Below, one piece after another: positions 39,826-53,172 of a stretch of DNA of 64,000 nt. Numbering within the stretch: position 1 is the stretch's first letter; every line of letters begins with the position of its first letter. A program made the translations under genes and the position numbers. Location of the stretch: the NCBI RefSeq assembly GCF_008831285.2, contig NC_045138.2, positions 18,414,001 to 18,478,000 on the forward strand, read 5' to 3'. The notes under the pieces are model-generated. The model worked only from the letters and a program-made list of their open reading frames with translations, did not search any database and was not told the DNA's origin. This stretch comes from Nymphaea colorata (taxonomy: Eukaryota).

Positions 39826-42800
39826 ATGGACAATGCTGACGGAACGGAGTGCGCATGTCGGGTGTCGGTGCCACCGCCGGAGCCTTTCTTCGAAGCGATG
39901 AAAGCGTTGTTAAAGGAAACGTTCTTCCCCGACGACCCCCTACGCCGGTTTAAGGGGCAGTCGGCCGGCCGCAGAGCCGTTCTGGCGCTCCAGTATGTCT
40001 TCCCCATATTGGAGTGGGCGCCGACGTACACGAAGGAGTTTCTGAGGTCGGACCTGATCGCCGGAATCACCATCGCCAGTCTCGCCATTCCGCAGGGCAT
40101 CAGCTACGCCAAGCTCGCCAACATACCTCCCATCTACGGCCTCTGTATGTTCTCTTCCCTCTCTTGGTCGCTTAAGCCATCCTGCCGACATTTTATTTCT
40201 TGTCGATCCCATCATCTGGTTGCAGTCACCATAACCGTCGCCATAGTGATGGCTTCTTTTGCGTTCAGCATCGATGAGAAAATAAGTTTAGTTTATGAAT
40301 TAATTCCTTGTCTTAGCTGGCTTTGGCTTTGGGTGCAGACTCGAGCGTCGTGCCGCCGTTGATATATAGCTTAATGGGTAGCTCGAGGGACGTGGCAATA
40401 GGTACGGTGGCGGTGGCGTCGTTGCTGACGGCGTCGATGCTGGGGAAAGAGGTCTCGGCAGCGACGCAGCCGGGTCTCTACATGCGCCTGGCCTTCAGGT
40501 CTACCTTCTTCGCCGGAGTGTTCATGGCCGCCCTTGGATTTCTCAGGTGTGAACAGAAATCTTTCTGATTTACTTCTCATCATCTCTTAGATTGATTCTG
40601 ATTAGCGGCCATCACATATATATATATACATATATATGGGGTGGTGTGGGCGCTTGGTCAGGCTGGGGTTCATGGTGGATTTCCTGTCGCATGCGACGAT
40701 CGTGGGGTTCATGGCGGGGGCGGCGACTGTAGTCTCCCTGCAGCAGCTGAAGGACTTGCTGGGGCTGGAACGCTTCACCGACGAGACCGACCTCCTCGAC
40801 GTCCTGCGTTCAGTCTTCTCCCAGATTCACCTGGTTAATCTCTCTCTCATTTTCTCTGCTTTTATTTTCTCAAAAGCGGACAAGAAATCTGCTGGGGGTT
40901 GTGTAAACGAGGTGAATACAACAGAAAAAAAACATGGCAGGTTATGAAACGTGGGTATGGCTGAAAAGGCCAAGAACCGTGTCGATGCGGGGGCCCTGGA
41001 TACAGTGGCTGTATTTTTCTTATTTTTAGATATGTTTTAATATTTTACGTATCTTTTATATATAATATATTAGTTTTTATTTAATAGTATATTTTGTAAA
41101 TGTAAGCAATGAATATATGTGTTTATGTAGTTAAAATTATATATATGTGTGTGTGTGTGTGTGAGTGAGTGAGTGAGATTTTTTTAACTTGGCTCTGTAA
41201 TTGACGTCACACTCGTACCTACATCCATGCCCGTCTGAAATAGATGGCTTCTTTGATAGATAATGCTCAAATGGGTGGTTGTGAGTGAGAGGGGGAGAGA
41301 CAGAGAGAAAGCAGATTTCTTTGATCAGAAGTTGTTTAATTGATGGTGAAGAACTATTGTGTTTGTTGATTTTGTTGCTTCTCCTTTGCAGTGGAGATGG
41401 CAGAGCGCGGTCTTTGGCTGTTCCTTCCTAGTCTTCCTCCTCCTCATCCGCTACATAGTAAGCTTCATACGGTGAACTAAAAAATCAATCAAAATATTTG
41501 TCTCATCCTTTGTCAATTTCCATATCTCAGGTTGCAATCTTCTTACATTGTTTAACGCTGAGCACCCTTCATCTTATGTTTATTTCCCAAATATTTTTCT
41601 TAAATGGAAAAGTATGTAATATTATTTTTATTGGGAGTTAATCATTCTTAGGAAACTGTCTCGTTTGCCCCTAATTTTCACTTTCTTTCATGTTTTCCTC
41701 ACAATGGGATCATTCTTTGGAAACATTGTCAAATTAGATCCCGAATTAAGCTTCCGTTTGCTGAATAAACAAGAACGTTTAGCTGAAAGGAACGTAACAA
41801 ATTTTGGCATGGAGGTAACATCTGAAAAATCTAAAGCATGTCTTTATTTGTTGATTGACTGAGTTTTTCTTAGATCATCATCATCGTCAGCTCAATCATC
41901 ATCTCCAATTGTTCTACCAACCAGCAAGTCTTCCATCTTAATTTCATTGTTCCCTTTACCATAAACAAGAGAAAGAGACAGATGCTTTCTTTTCATTTGG
42001 TCAGAAAGAAAGAAGAGTAGTACAGATCTGCTTCTGCTTGTTGTTCATAATTCGAACATACTGAATTACTAACTAATCTCTCTCTTTGAATTCCTGTGGC
42101 AGAGCAAGAAAAAGCCGAGACTGTTCTGGATGTCAGCCATGGCTCCACTGACCTCAGTCATACTTGGAACCCTTCTTTCCTACCTCACCCACGCCGACGA
42201 ACACGGTATCCAAGTGGTAAGGGACTTTTCCTATTTCTTTTCACATGAAAAAGAACGAGTTTTCTCACCTTCCCAATTATGCCCCTTTGAGTTGATAGTT
42301 AGTCTTCTGTTGTTGCGGGCATTCTCACATTTGGGCCAAGGCATTTTAGTCATTAACAGCCCCGACCATTCACTTGAGTGCTTGGGCCGTGCATGCAGTC
42401 TCTCCCGTCCATTGTTTGACAAAAATGAAAAGAAAAAACAATACTGCTATTGCTGGTAACCCCAAAAGAATTTGGCATGCAAGAGTGAGGTCAATCCGAG
42501 CTTTAAAAATAAAAAATAATAATTGGAATGACACTCGATCATATATAGCTTTACAATGAGAATTATATATATAACAGCACAAATATTTTAAAATACTACT
42601 ATAAAATAAAATAACATTGAAGGGCTCCACTGGTCCGTATGTGACTCCGCTTTTGGGTGGGGTCAACAAATTTTAGACTTAGACTGACAACGCTGCTGCT
42701 GCCTGTTGCCAAACATCTCCTCAAGTGTCGCTCCGAGCGCATGCCGCCGTAGCCATTAGTGAACAAATGGTGTCGAGAATTATCTTTAATCCTGCTACTA

Positions 42801-45380
42801 ATACTAAATTGTTTGAAACTTGACAGAAAATTAGGTAGCTAGGTTCTCTGATGTCACTACGTTAAACAACATAATATGGTAAGCTCGTAAGTATCACTAA
42901 TTGTATTTTTTTCGACATATAATGCTAATGCTAATTGAGATGAAACCTATGGTATGCCACATAAGATAGAATAACATTGTTTCTGAGGGGTTGTTTGGTA
43001 GCAGTGACACTATTTCATGAATTTGTTTTAAAAATTGAGGTAGATTCATGAAACACAAGAATAAATATAAATCTTTAGAGCTAATTCACCAAATGATTTC
43101 TGAACATAACTATATATGGTTCCAAAGGTATGAATGGTATAGGTAAATAGTTTGCTAGTGTCACATCATTTCCATTATTTATCAAGTTGGCCTAGTGTGG
43201 AATTTGAGTCTCCCTATTTATGATAGCAAGGGCAATCTAAGTAAGGAACAATTTTCGTAGCTCAAACTGCGATTGTGGTTTTGGTTTTGTTGGCTGGGTG
43301 AATTTGATAGAATGTCAATGGATCAGATTTGAATTAGATATATACACTTTTTTGAATGTTCACTTTCAGCTTTGAATACAAATAAGAACAAAAAGCCATT
43401 TCCGAATCCAAAATCTGATTTCACAATTTGAATTTGATTTTTACGTTAACACATGAATCCAAATCTGAATTTTGAATCAAATCTGATCGATTTTTAAAAT
43501 GTAAGAGCATTGAATATATGATATTTATTTAAAACTAAGTCTGATATCAGTCCGAATCTGGTTGGATGTTGTTCCTTAAATCAGAATCCATTCTGATTTC
43601 TTAATTGGCCATCAATTTTTTTTTTCATATCGATTTTTCTTTAAACAGTTCAGTCGGACCCATCGAATATATGGGTACAACAATTATTGGAGAAAAACTT
43701 GAGTGAACATATTCTGTACCTAAATCATGTGATCTGCCTAAGTAACCATGTCGGTATGTGGGTACGACAATACGTGTGATCTGCCTAGTCGGTATGTGGG
43801 TACAAACACGGGTACACGATTACAACCAGCTATTGTTGGTATGTGGGTACGGCAACATGTGTGATCTGCCCAAGTAATCGTGTCGGTATGTGGGTACAGA
43901 TTACAACCCGTTATAGATATTTAAAATCAGTATCCCATTAGGGTACATATGAAATTGTCCATGTGCTAAGAAATGACAATAGCAGTGGTGGAGTGACAAA
44001 TTTTTTACTTCAAAAAATTAATTATTGATGGGCACCCATATGTCAATAAGCAAATGACTAGGTAAATAGTTATGAGGCAGTTTTAGTATGCAAACAAGCA
44101 ACTTTTATGGGCAATTACCAAGAGCACCACCTACTGCCATTCTCATTTGTCAAAAATCAGGTCTACCACTGAGATAGAATGAGATGCACAAATTGAAAAT
44201 GATACATGTGGAGATACAGATTCCAACAATGTTCCATCCAAGCAGTTAATGAACATGTACAAGCATACGCTATTCCATTATTATAAACAAGAAAGACATT
44301 CTTCAAAACTAGCATACGTTATTCCATTATTTTAACTGTCTTTAAGATGATTCTTATTTATTTTGCTTTTTGCAGATTGGGACCCTCCAGAAAGGAGTGA
44401 ATCCACCATCCATTAGCGAGCTAACGTTCTCGTCTCAGTACTTGGGCCTCACCGTTAAGACCGGGATCGTGATCGGCATCGTTGCCCTTGCCGTAGGTTT
44501 CCCTCCCCTTCTAACGAAGCTTCTCTTTGTTGCTTCCACCGTTTGATACCATGCTGCTAATTTTAGCTTGTGAAATGAGAGAACTTTCGTCCAAATCTGC
44601 TACTCCTGATGTATCTGAACAAGCAGGACTCTGGTTTGGATTTGAATTGGATCGGGATCTGGATTTACGTGAGATACGGATGGAGTGAAAAGAATGTAAA
44701 TGGTCATTTTACGTGGACCAAACCCAAGTAAGTTTGAGAGGAATTTCAGTAGCTAGCTAGAAGTTTGATCTTGGTATATTCTATTAGTAATAAACTTTGC
44801 ACTCGGCACCGCCTCTTGCATTCAAATCCATAACAAATCCAATTTCATAAAACACTATGGAGATGTTTGGTATAAGGTACTGGTGTTTCCTGAGGCAAAT
44901 TCATGGAACACCCATAATACAAAAATGAAGCATCAGATTCTACAAGTTCTTGTACGGTGACGTGCAGTTCCATTCGGATCTAGATTGATAACTTTACATG
45001 GACATAACAAAGAAGGTAAGAAAGAACGCGGTTTGAGGGGCCTATACAGGCGGATTTCACTAGACGGTAAGGCACTAGTTCCATAAAAGATATGACTTAG
45101 CAAGCTGCATCAGCCAGATGTATAAGAACGTTTTGACATGAGTAAATCCAATCTTATTTTCGTTCTCATAGTATTCTCAGGAGTCTAATGATATTTAATT
45201 CGTTTTGCCGCTTGATAGTTTACATATTCTGGGAAATTGACAGGAGGGGATTGCAATTGGGAGAACCTTTGCGATGTTTAAGAACTATCAGATTGACGGA
45301 AACAAGGAAATGATAGCTTTTGGGACGATGAACATTGTTGGGTCATGTACTTCCTGTTATATAACCACAGGTGTTCACCC

Positions 45381-45411
<31 letters not shown>

Positions 45412-47758
45412 TCTTGTCCCCAATTCTTGTCCTCTCCCATCCTCTCTCTCTGTCTCTCTCTCTGTTTCAGAAATATATTGATGCTTGCCTTGACCAGTGG
45501 CTCTGAATTTTGCATTCTTAGCTCTAATCTGTAATGTAGTTTCAATTGCATGACATTCTCCTGAACAATTTTCAGCACCAATCTCGCGCTCGGCGGTGAA
45601 CTTCAACGCTGGTTGTAAGACTGCAGCTTCCAACATTGTGATGGCCACTGTTATTATGGTAACGCTGCTTTTGCTGACACCCTTGTTCTACTATACCCCC
45701 CTTGTTGTGCTCTCCGCCATCATCACTACTGCAATGATTGGCCTCATCGATTATGAGTCATTCATCCATCTCTGGAAGGTTGATAAAGCCGATTTCGTTG
45801 TCTGCGTAGTTGCCTTCCTTGGGGTTGTCTTTTGGAATGTAGAGATTGGCCTCATCATTGCGGTAAGTGTTCTGATCATCTGAAAACCTCTAAGTACATA
45901 TTCCATGTTTGTGTTCTTGTTTAATTAGAAAGTGCTTAATTACAGGCCGTGAAACCTTACTGGAAACATGTTTTAAGACTTAAGAGTTCGAAGTATCACG
46001 AGTCCTACCCAATTCATAGAGTGTTTTTCGGCACAGGCACAATATTGGTTCATCTGTGATCTAAATAATAGAAGCATTATTAACTGTGATTATGATAACA
46101 ATCGTGATGAACTGCCTTGTTTCTTTTGCAGGTTGCTCTGTCTGTGGTGAGACTTATTCTCTTCATTGCAAGGCCTCGAACTTCAGTTCTTGGCAGTATC
46201 GCCGACTCTGAAATCTACCGAAGTCTCATCCAGTACCCAACTGCCACACGCATTCCTGGCATTCTTGTCCTTCAAATTGATTCACCAGTGTACTTTGCAA
46301 ATGCAAGCTATCTGAGGGAAAGGTTAGATTCATTCTTAGTTCTTTCCATGGTTGTTTAGAGTGCTACAGACTGTGTAAATGTTGCTCACAGATATCTTAA
46401 AATTGACTCTTGTGCTCTCCACTTTCTTAGAATCTTAAGGTGGATTGATGAGGAAGAGGATAGGCTTAAAGCTTCTGGAGAGGACATCCTCTATTATGTG
46501 ATCCTTGACATGACTGGTAAGACTATTTCATGGAAAGTTGATGTTCCACAGCGTGTCATCGGACTTGTGGTATGCGGTGTAGTTCGTTTTGAATAAACAA
46601 GAAATTCCATCTTGTCACAGTGATATAGGCCTAACTTCACTAGTGCTTCTGCTTCCATGAAAGCACTTTGAGTTGAAAACCCATGAGAGCAGCAGATGTG
46701 CAAGCTAGCTATGCTCTGGGGGTGAGCGCACTGGTTTACTGTTTTTTTGTTGGTGATTGGTGCCACTAAGTCTCACTACATGGGTGCAGTTTCCTTGCGT
46801 AAGAAAGGAAAGATATATATAGCAGTAACTGTTGTATTACTGGATCTGTGTTAACTGGTTGAGTGTTGAATTACAGCGGTGGGAGACATCGATACTAGTG
46901 GGATAAGCTTGCTACAGGAGACCAAAAAGAACATGGAAAGGAGGGGACTGAAGGTAATAGTACTATTACTTTCTAGATCTCAGTTTTTACTTAAAACAAA
47001 AGCCATATGCTTGTTTAAAGTTTAGAAAGCATTGATTGCTTTACGCAAATGCAATTTGTGTAAGAAAAAACCGAAGGATCAGCACTTTCACCTTCTTGCA
47101 ATTGCCATGGCAAAGCACCAAGTTATGATTAGGAGTGCTCAAAGCACCTACACAAATCCTCATTCTGATAACTTTTGGTTTGAAATAGGCGAGAAGATCT
47201 GATACAGAGTTACACTTGGATCAAGTTTACGAGACTTTTACTCCAGTCTAGACAGATATCTGAATCACTGATTTCCAGATATAATTGTTAGGTTATTAGT
47301 CTGGAATGCTAATATCCTTCTTTTTTGCTTCTGAATCTGAATCCAAATAATGATCAGATCAGCAAATGAATATTTCACTTAATCAGATGATGATCGGCAG
47401 ATCGCTGCAAGCCTGCAACACACCATTTGTCTTAGTCTGGCAGTATTTGTGACTAAAGGACTTGGTAGCCTATACACTATACAGATTAGCACGATATTAG
47501 ATGATAGGAGTAACTAATTAAGGATCCTCATTTCCCTTCCTGTGATTTATGCAGCTTGCATTAGCAAACCCTGGAAAAGATGTAATGGTGAAATTGGTGA
47601 ATTCCACATTCGTCGATTCACTAGGCCAAGAATGGTTTTTTCTTACTGTGGAAGAAGCAGTAGCCGCTTGCAATTTTATGCTCTGCAAAACTTGTAAACC
47701 TCCAGAAATCACCAAATCAAGCACCATTGACATAGATGATGCTCATTCCAACGTCTAA
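39826..47758 (+). CDS. SULTR3: Sulfate transporter, SULTR3 group, copy B (tandem paralogue). Exons 39826-40144, 40339-40546, 40662-40833, 41392-41457, 42103-42216, 44376-44492, 45244-45370, 45576-45862, 46132-46322, 46431-46516, 46877-46953, 47555-47758
   Basis: Same motifs as copy A. Exon lengths are identical except exon 9 (3 nt shorter) and the last exon. GT-AG junctions; no stop or frameshift seen. Confidence 0.9.
43308..43660. mobile_element. Degenerate TAGGGATGTCAA-family MITE in SULTR3-B intron 5
   Basis: Starts TAGAATGTCAATGGATCAGATTTG; internal motifs shared with 17554-17983. Confidence 0.5.
43725..43900. repeat. Degenerate tandem array with core GTGATCTGCC..TCGGTATGTGGGTAC (~4 copies)
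   Basis: GGTATGTGGGTAC occurs four times between ~43754 and ~43897. Confidence 0.8.
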
Positions 47759-48943
47759 TGGTGCAAACATTCGCCATGAATTTGTTGTCATTCCCGAGCA
47801 GTAAGCACTGCAGAATCAGATGTGTCTTGCAGTGTACAGAGGTATAGTTGGTTCCCTAAATATTTGTGAAGGTTTGAAGTTTAGTTGTCATCTTTCTGGC
47901 TAATATTTTATGTTGCCATGGAGTGCAATTTGTAGCTCAATTGTCAAACGGGAAAATAGTTGCTAAAATCATGCATTCCAGTGCCCATTTTACTACGAAA
48001 GGGACAGGCAATCAGCATCTCTTAACTCTCTATGTTAAAAGAATACTGTTCTGACAAACTTTAGCCTTGCACCAATAGAAAAGAAGGGCAGGAAGTTCAG
48101 GTTTCAAAGAATGCAATTACAGTGATAAGTGCCATTCATGGAAACTGAATATATCTTAAAAATCTTAAATTAAGTTCTTCCTAATTGTGGTAAATGCCTG
48201 AGTTCCTTTGTTGCAGTTATCCCTTTTTGTTTCTCATAAATCTCACCAAAATCCTAGGAAGGCCTCTATCAAACACTGCATACCCAAATCTGTACTCTCA
48301 ATCCAATAATGATCCAAGTAGACGAATTATGATGCGTCTCTGTGAGTAAAATGTATTGCGCAATAAAGTGGACTAAAACGCAACAACTATGTTTCTTGAA
48401 TCATGGTTGTCTCAGAAACAGAAAAGATCAATTAAAGAGCATCAATACGAGACATTCACACTGAAGTAATATGCAGAAACTTTCAAACATGTGAAATCTT
48501 TTAAAGACATCACAGGAAGGTAAAAAATTATCAGTTGCCGGAGTACTGAGATGTTTATTGAGGTGCCAGAGGAGAATTTCTTTTCCTCATTAAAAAGCAG
48601 AACCATGTTAAGCGCAATAGACAAAGAACAACAAAAAATATTTGACGGGGAGGAGGAAGAATAAAAAGGAATTCCATATTCAGGGAGTGTGCATTGCTAT
48701 AGTAGATGTGCAGAAGGGCAGAACGGACTTCCATGTTCAGGGCGTGTGCATTGCTATCGCAACCTCACAGACAGAAGAAAGACATCATCTATCCAGAAGA
48801 TATTAACTGAAATTTTTGTTGACCTTTTTTTCTAATTTATGGTAATTTCTAACAAAACAATCAAGAAAAAGATGCCCAACATAATAATTTGAAAAAAAAA
48901 AAGAACTTGAACAACAGAGATCAGTAGCCCGAACCGTACTAGC

Positions 48944-49157
48944 AATTTTGTTTCAACTGAAAAAGCAACAAAAATAATTAAAACAAAAAGAAATTGGGTG
49001 TTCGAATATTCAAGAATAAGAGCTCATAAAAAACATTATAATGAAATAAACTTACAAGGAATTTTGTTTCAACTGAAAAACAACAAAAATAATTAAAAAA
49101 CGAAGTTGGGTGTTCGAATATTCAAGAATAAAAGCTCATAAGAACATCATAATGAAA
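48944..49157. repeat. ~100-115-bp imperfect tandem duplication
   Basis: AATTTTGTTTCAACTGAAAAA..TTGGGTGTTCGAATATTCAAGAATAA..GCTCATAA..ATAATGAAA occurs twice. Confidence 0.88.
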
Positions 49158-50308
49158 AGAAATGCCAATTCCACGTCTCAAAGAGCTTTGGGCAAGTGAT
49201 ATTCGAAACCCAGCAACATGAGGAAACGCCAGACAACAATGTGTGGGAGGGAGGGAGGAAATAATGGCCAATTAACATAACATCCAACACTCGTTTGTAA
49301 TAAGTCGGATTTTACTAAATACTAAACGGTAGGCGCAGGTTTAAATTTTTTATTTAGTTATGAAACTGCATATTAAACCAAGATCCAATAAACAATTTAA
49401 ATTTGATTCTTTTACTAAATTCGACTAATTAATGGATTCAAATTAATGATCTAATGTATCCGATATTCCATTTGCATCATTACCACAAGTTGAATTCTTA
49501 ACAGTCTGGGTCCGCAGAAATCAACCATAGTTTGAATTATATTTTTGCTGAAGACTATCAAAAAAGCTCTTCTGTTGCTTTTATGAAAATTACTTTTGCA
49601 ATGTCTTCGGTTCAACGTTTAAATTTTTTAAATAATCATATGAAACTTTGTCTGATTTAATTTTTGTTTAGATTACAACTCACGTTAGGGAGGATTTACA
49701 TGTTCCATCCTTCGAGAATACGTTAGAATCTAAGCTCAAGATCATGGAAAGTATTTTGAAAAAGTAACGAACCTAACTCAAACTTGGCTCCTCCACATAA
49801 AGTTTTTAGACTCTAAGAATGCTAGGTCTTGGCAGACCCTACCTGAACTTGGATCCTTTATCCAGAGCTTTTTAATTTAGATGCGACTTGTCATTGAAGA
49901 AAAACTATGTTTCTTAAGAGTATACGCTAAATAGTCTTCTACTTAGGGGACAGGACGGACCATATGTGAACACAGCAAGGGACACCTTATAGCATTTACC
50001 AGCAAAAAATTCTTTCTTCTTTTTTAATTGATTACCATTGTGCCCATCACTAGAGACCTTGGGTAGGCGAGGGAGAGAAAGAGAGAGATCAGATCCGAGA
50101 TTGCCTACTGGGGAAGAACAGGAGCATCGAATGTGGACTATCTAGCAACCTATATTAGTTGGAAAGGAGATAAAATAAGATACCAAGAATGTAATTGGAA
50201 TAATAGAAGATAGCCCACATCTCAAAAGGGTCGCAAGCCTGCCCATTTTATATCCTAGGAATTTTGAATGATGAGAATTTCCCACATTGAGCAACAAATA
50301 GTTTGTTA

Positions 50309-50310
<2 letters not shown>

Positions 50311-50388
<78 letters not shown>
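50311..50388. repeat. Compound (TA)n(GA)n microsatellite
   Basis: Direct reading. Confidence 0.95.
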
Positions 50389-50392
<4 letters not shown>

Positions 50393-51981
50393 GACAATAA
50401 TTGGTCCACTTAGCCTTCATAATGGCACCCTAATCCCAAATTTAACATTCCTCAATACCATCAAGATAACACCCTCTAAGAATTGAACTAGAATGTAACT
50501 ATAACACGCCACTCAACCCAACAAATTGTGATACTCATCACTTGGTATGAGTGTGAGAGAGAGAGAGAGAGAGAAATGGGTAGAAACCAGACTATTAAGT
50601 CAGGGACAAAAACCAGACCTCTTAATTTTTTGCTACAAAGTATTTCAAATAAAATATAGACATCCTAACATATTTATAAAAACTATTTTGATATAAAACA
50701 TGTTTTGATTCAAATTGTTTTTATGAAAAATATAGCATTTTTTATTATCAAGAAGTTGATGCTATGGGAGCAGCCAAATGTACCACAGACCCAATCCATT
50801 GTACCTTTAATATTTTGTAGCAAATAAAACAAGCATCTTCAATTCAAGTTTTGAATAGCACATGTATTTTGTACATCAACACTTCAGTTACCTTGACCTT
50901 CTACTTGCCCTAAGATGGTCAATATGTTGCACTTGAGCGAGAGTCGATGCACCTCTGATAATTAATTCTCAGAAATAGTAAAAGTTAAGATTGATCAAGA
51001 AAACAATTGTCTGTAAGGTAAATATTTTGCATGAGATTCTTCAAGCTGGAAAAAGAAAAAAGAAAACATGAAGTCGCATAAAAATATCTAACAAGCTAGA
51101 TTTTCTATCACAAAATGTCTGGGCAAGCAGACATCTACGAGATATTGAATCTTTGACCATGCAATATAATTAAAGTTTTAACTCTTAAGTGAACAGAGCT
51201 CTTAAATGAAGGTATTATCTAAAGTACATATCATAAAAAATGCATCACTTCTTGATTATTGAGGAAAAAATAAAATAAAACAAAGTTAGATTCAACAAGA
51301 GACGCCCTTCTAAAATAAGATAAAGTTAGATTAAAGAAGACATGCCCTTCCAAGGAAGGACCCCTGTAATAGTTGGTGGGGAACAATAGCAGTTCTAGAA
51401 GCGAAATCGCCAACTCTTTCGCCTGCCAACAATCAACGAGTTTGGTTTCGCTTGCTACCCCTCGAATCTATTCAAGTGGAATCAAATTAGTTAGACCTTC
51501 TTGCATGTGTACACTTTATCCTAAGCATAGCTGCACCAAACACCGGCCTTTTTTGAAGCTTCTTAGCAAAGTCATGTACCAACAACTCAAATAAAATCAT
51601 CTCAATTATTTGAGAAGTTCTCTGTTTGATCTCTGCTATATAAAATTCATGTTACCAAAAAAGAAATTTTCAAGCATATCCAACTTGGAAATACCTTTTA
51701 CCAACAATTTCCATTAAACAAAACATCCATTACTAACTTAGACACTTATCTCTATGGTGACTGGATGGTATTAAAATTTTAATCACCTGCCAAACGATAA
51801 AAGACAAGAACGTAGTTAGGCTATGGCTTTCCAAAGATTATAAATCCGAATCCTCCCTCCCTATCACTTCCAATTTGATCGGTTCTCTCTTCTTCATCCT
51901 CATACTGTTCTATCTTTGTTTCTCGCATGGAATCACCAGTAATGTACACCACCAAATAGGCTGCAACCCTGCACCGAATCG

Positions 51982-53172
51982 ATGGCATTCCACCATCTTC
52001 TACCTTTCTTCCTTGTCCTCTTGGCCCTCCCACTAGCTTCCAGGGCCACCTTCCCCAACTCTCGTCTGCACAATGCCTACATTGCGCTGCATTCATGGAA
52101 GAAAGTCATCTTCTCCGACCCGAACAACGTCACCGGAAACTGGGTCGGCCACGACGTTTGCAAATACACCGGCGTCTTCTGCGCCCCGGCCATCGATGAC
52201 AACTGCACCACGGTGGTGGCCGGCATTGACCTCAACCACAAGGACATCGCCGGCGAGTTGCCGGAGTCACTAGGCCGACTTACCGATCTGGCTCTCTTCC
52301 ACATCAACTCCAATCGGTTCTGCGGCAGGATCCCCAAGTGCTTCAAGCACCTACACCTCCTATTCGAGCTCGACCTGAGCAACAACCGGTTCGTCGGAAA
52401 GTTCCCAAACGCACTCCTGTCTCTCCACAACCTCAGGTACCTCGACATCCGGTTCAACGAGTTCGAGGGGCGACTCCCCTCGAAGCTCTTTAACATGAAC
52501 TTGGACGCGTTGTTCTTGAACAATAACAGGTTCTTGACGACGCTGCCGGAAAATATAGGGAACCTGTCGGTCTCCGTGGTGGTGCTCGCTAACAATAACA
52601 TAAAGGGTTGCCTGCCAAACTTCTTAGGGAGGCTGAGCTCCACCGTGCAGGAGCTCCTGCTGCTTAATAACAACCTGAGTTCTTGCATCCCGGAGGAGAT
52701 AGGTCGCCTGAAGAACCTAAGGGTTTTGGATTTAGGGTCCAATAAGCTCGTGGGACCTTTACCGGAGAGCATAGGGTATTTAACGAACCTGGAGCAGCTG
52801 AACGTGGCTCACAACAGGCTCACCGGGGAGATTCCGGCGAGCATCTGTGAGCTGCCGAAGCTCAAGAATTTCACCTACTCTTACAATTACTTCTGCGATG
52901 AACCCGCCTGCTGCTTGAAACTACCCTGGAGGAACGTCAGATCCGACGACCGACAGAACTGCATCCCCTATCAGTCGGAACAGAGGGCAGTGGCGGAGTG
53001 CGAGGCGTTCCTCAGTCACCCAGTTGACTGCCAGTCTGTAAGCTGCCGCCGGAAACCGCCACCTCCACCATCTTCTCCTCCTCCACCTCCTCCTCCGCCA
53101 CCACCACCGCCGCCGCTGATATGGCCATCTCCTCCTCCACCATCCCCACACTATGAATTACCATACCCCTGA
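51982..53172 (+). CDS. Leucine-rich repeat extensin-like protein (LRX/PEX family), intronless, 396 aa, short proline-rich tail
   Basis: Signal peptide; LRX N-terminal domain (AYIALHSWK..IFSDP....NWVG.DVC.YTGVFC, VVAGIDLNH.DIAG.LP); LRRs (LFHINSNRFCG, LDLSNNRFVG, LDIRFNEFEG); Cys-rich hinge (FTYSYNYFC..DDRQNCIP); poly-Pro/SPPPP tail ending HYELPYP. Confidence 0.92.
   Translation: MAFHHLLPFFLVLLALPLASRATFPNSRLHNAYIALHSWKKVIFSDPNNVTGNWVGHDVCKYTGVFCAPAIDDNCTTVVAGIDLNHKDIAGELPESLGRLTDLALFHINSNRFCGRIPKCFKHLHLLFELDLSNNRFVGKFPNALLSLHNLRYLDIRFNEFEGRLPSKLFNMNLDALFLNNNRFLTTLPENIGNLSVSVVVLANNNIKGCLPNFLGRLSSTVQELLLLNNNLSSCIPEEIGRLKNLRVLDLGSNKLVGPLPESIGYLTNLEQLNVAHNRLTGEIPASICELPKLKNFTYSYNYFCDEPACCLKLPWRNVRSDDRQNCIPYQSEQRAVAECEAFLSHPVDCQSVSCRRKPPPPPSSPPPPPPPPPPPPPLIWPSPPPPSPHYELPYP

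Noticed and set aside
43725..43900. Repeat-spacer-like array resembling CRISPR
   Set aside because: Eukaryotic intron, irregular spacing, the spacers are themselves repeated and there are no cas genes; it is a degenerate minisatellite or TE subterminal repeat.
52077..52772. 231-aa minus-strand ORF
   Set aside because: Antisense shadow of the LRX coding sequence.
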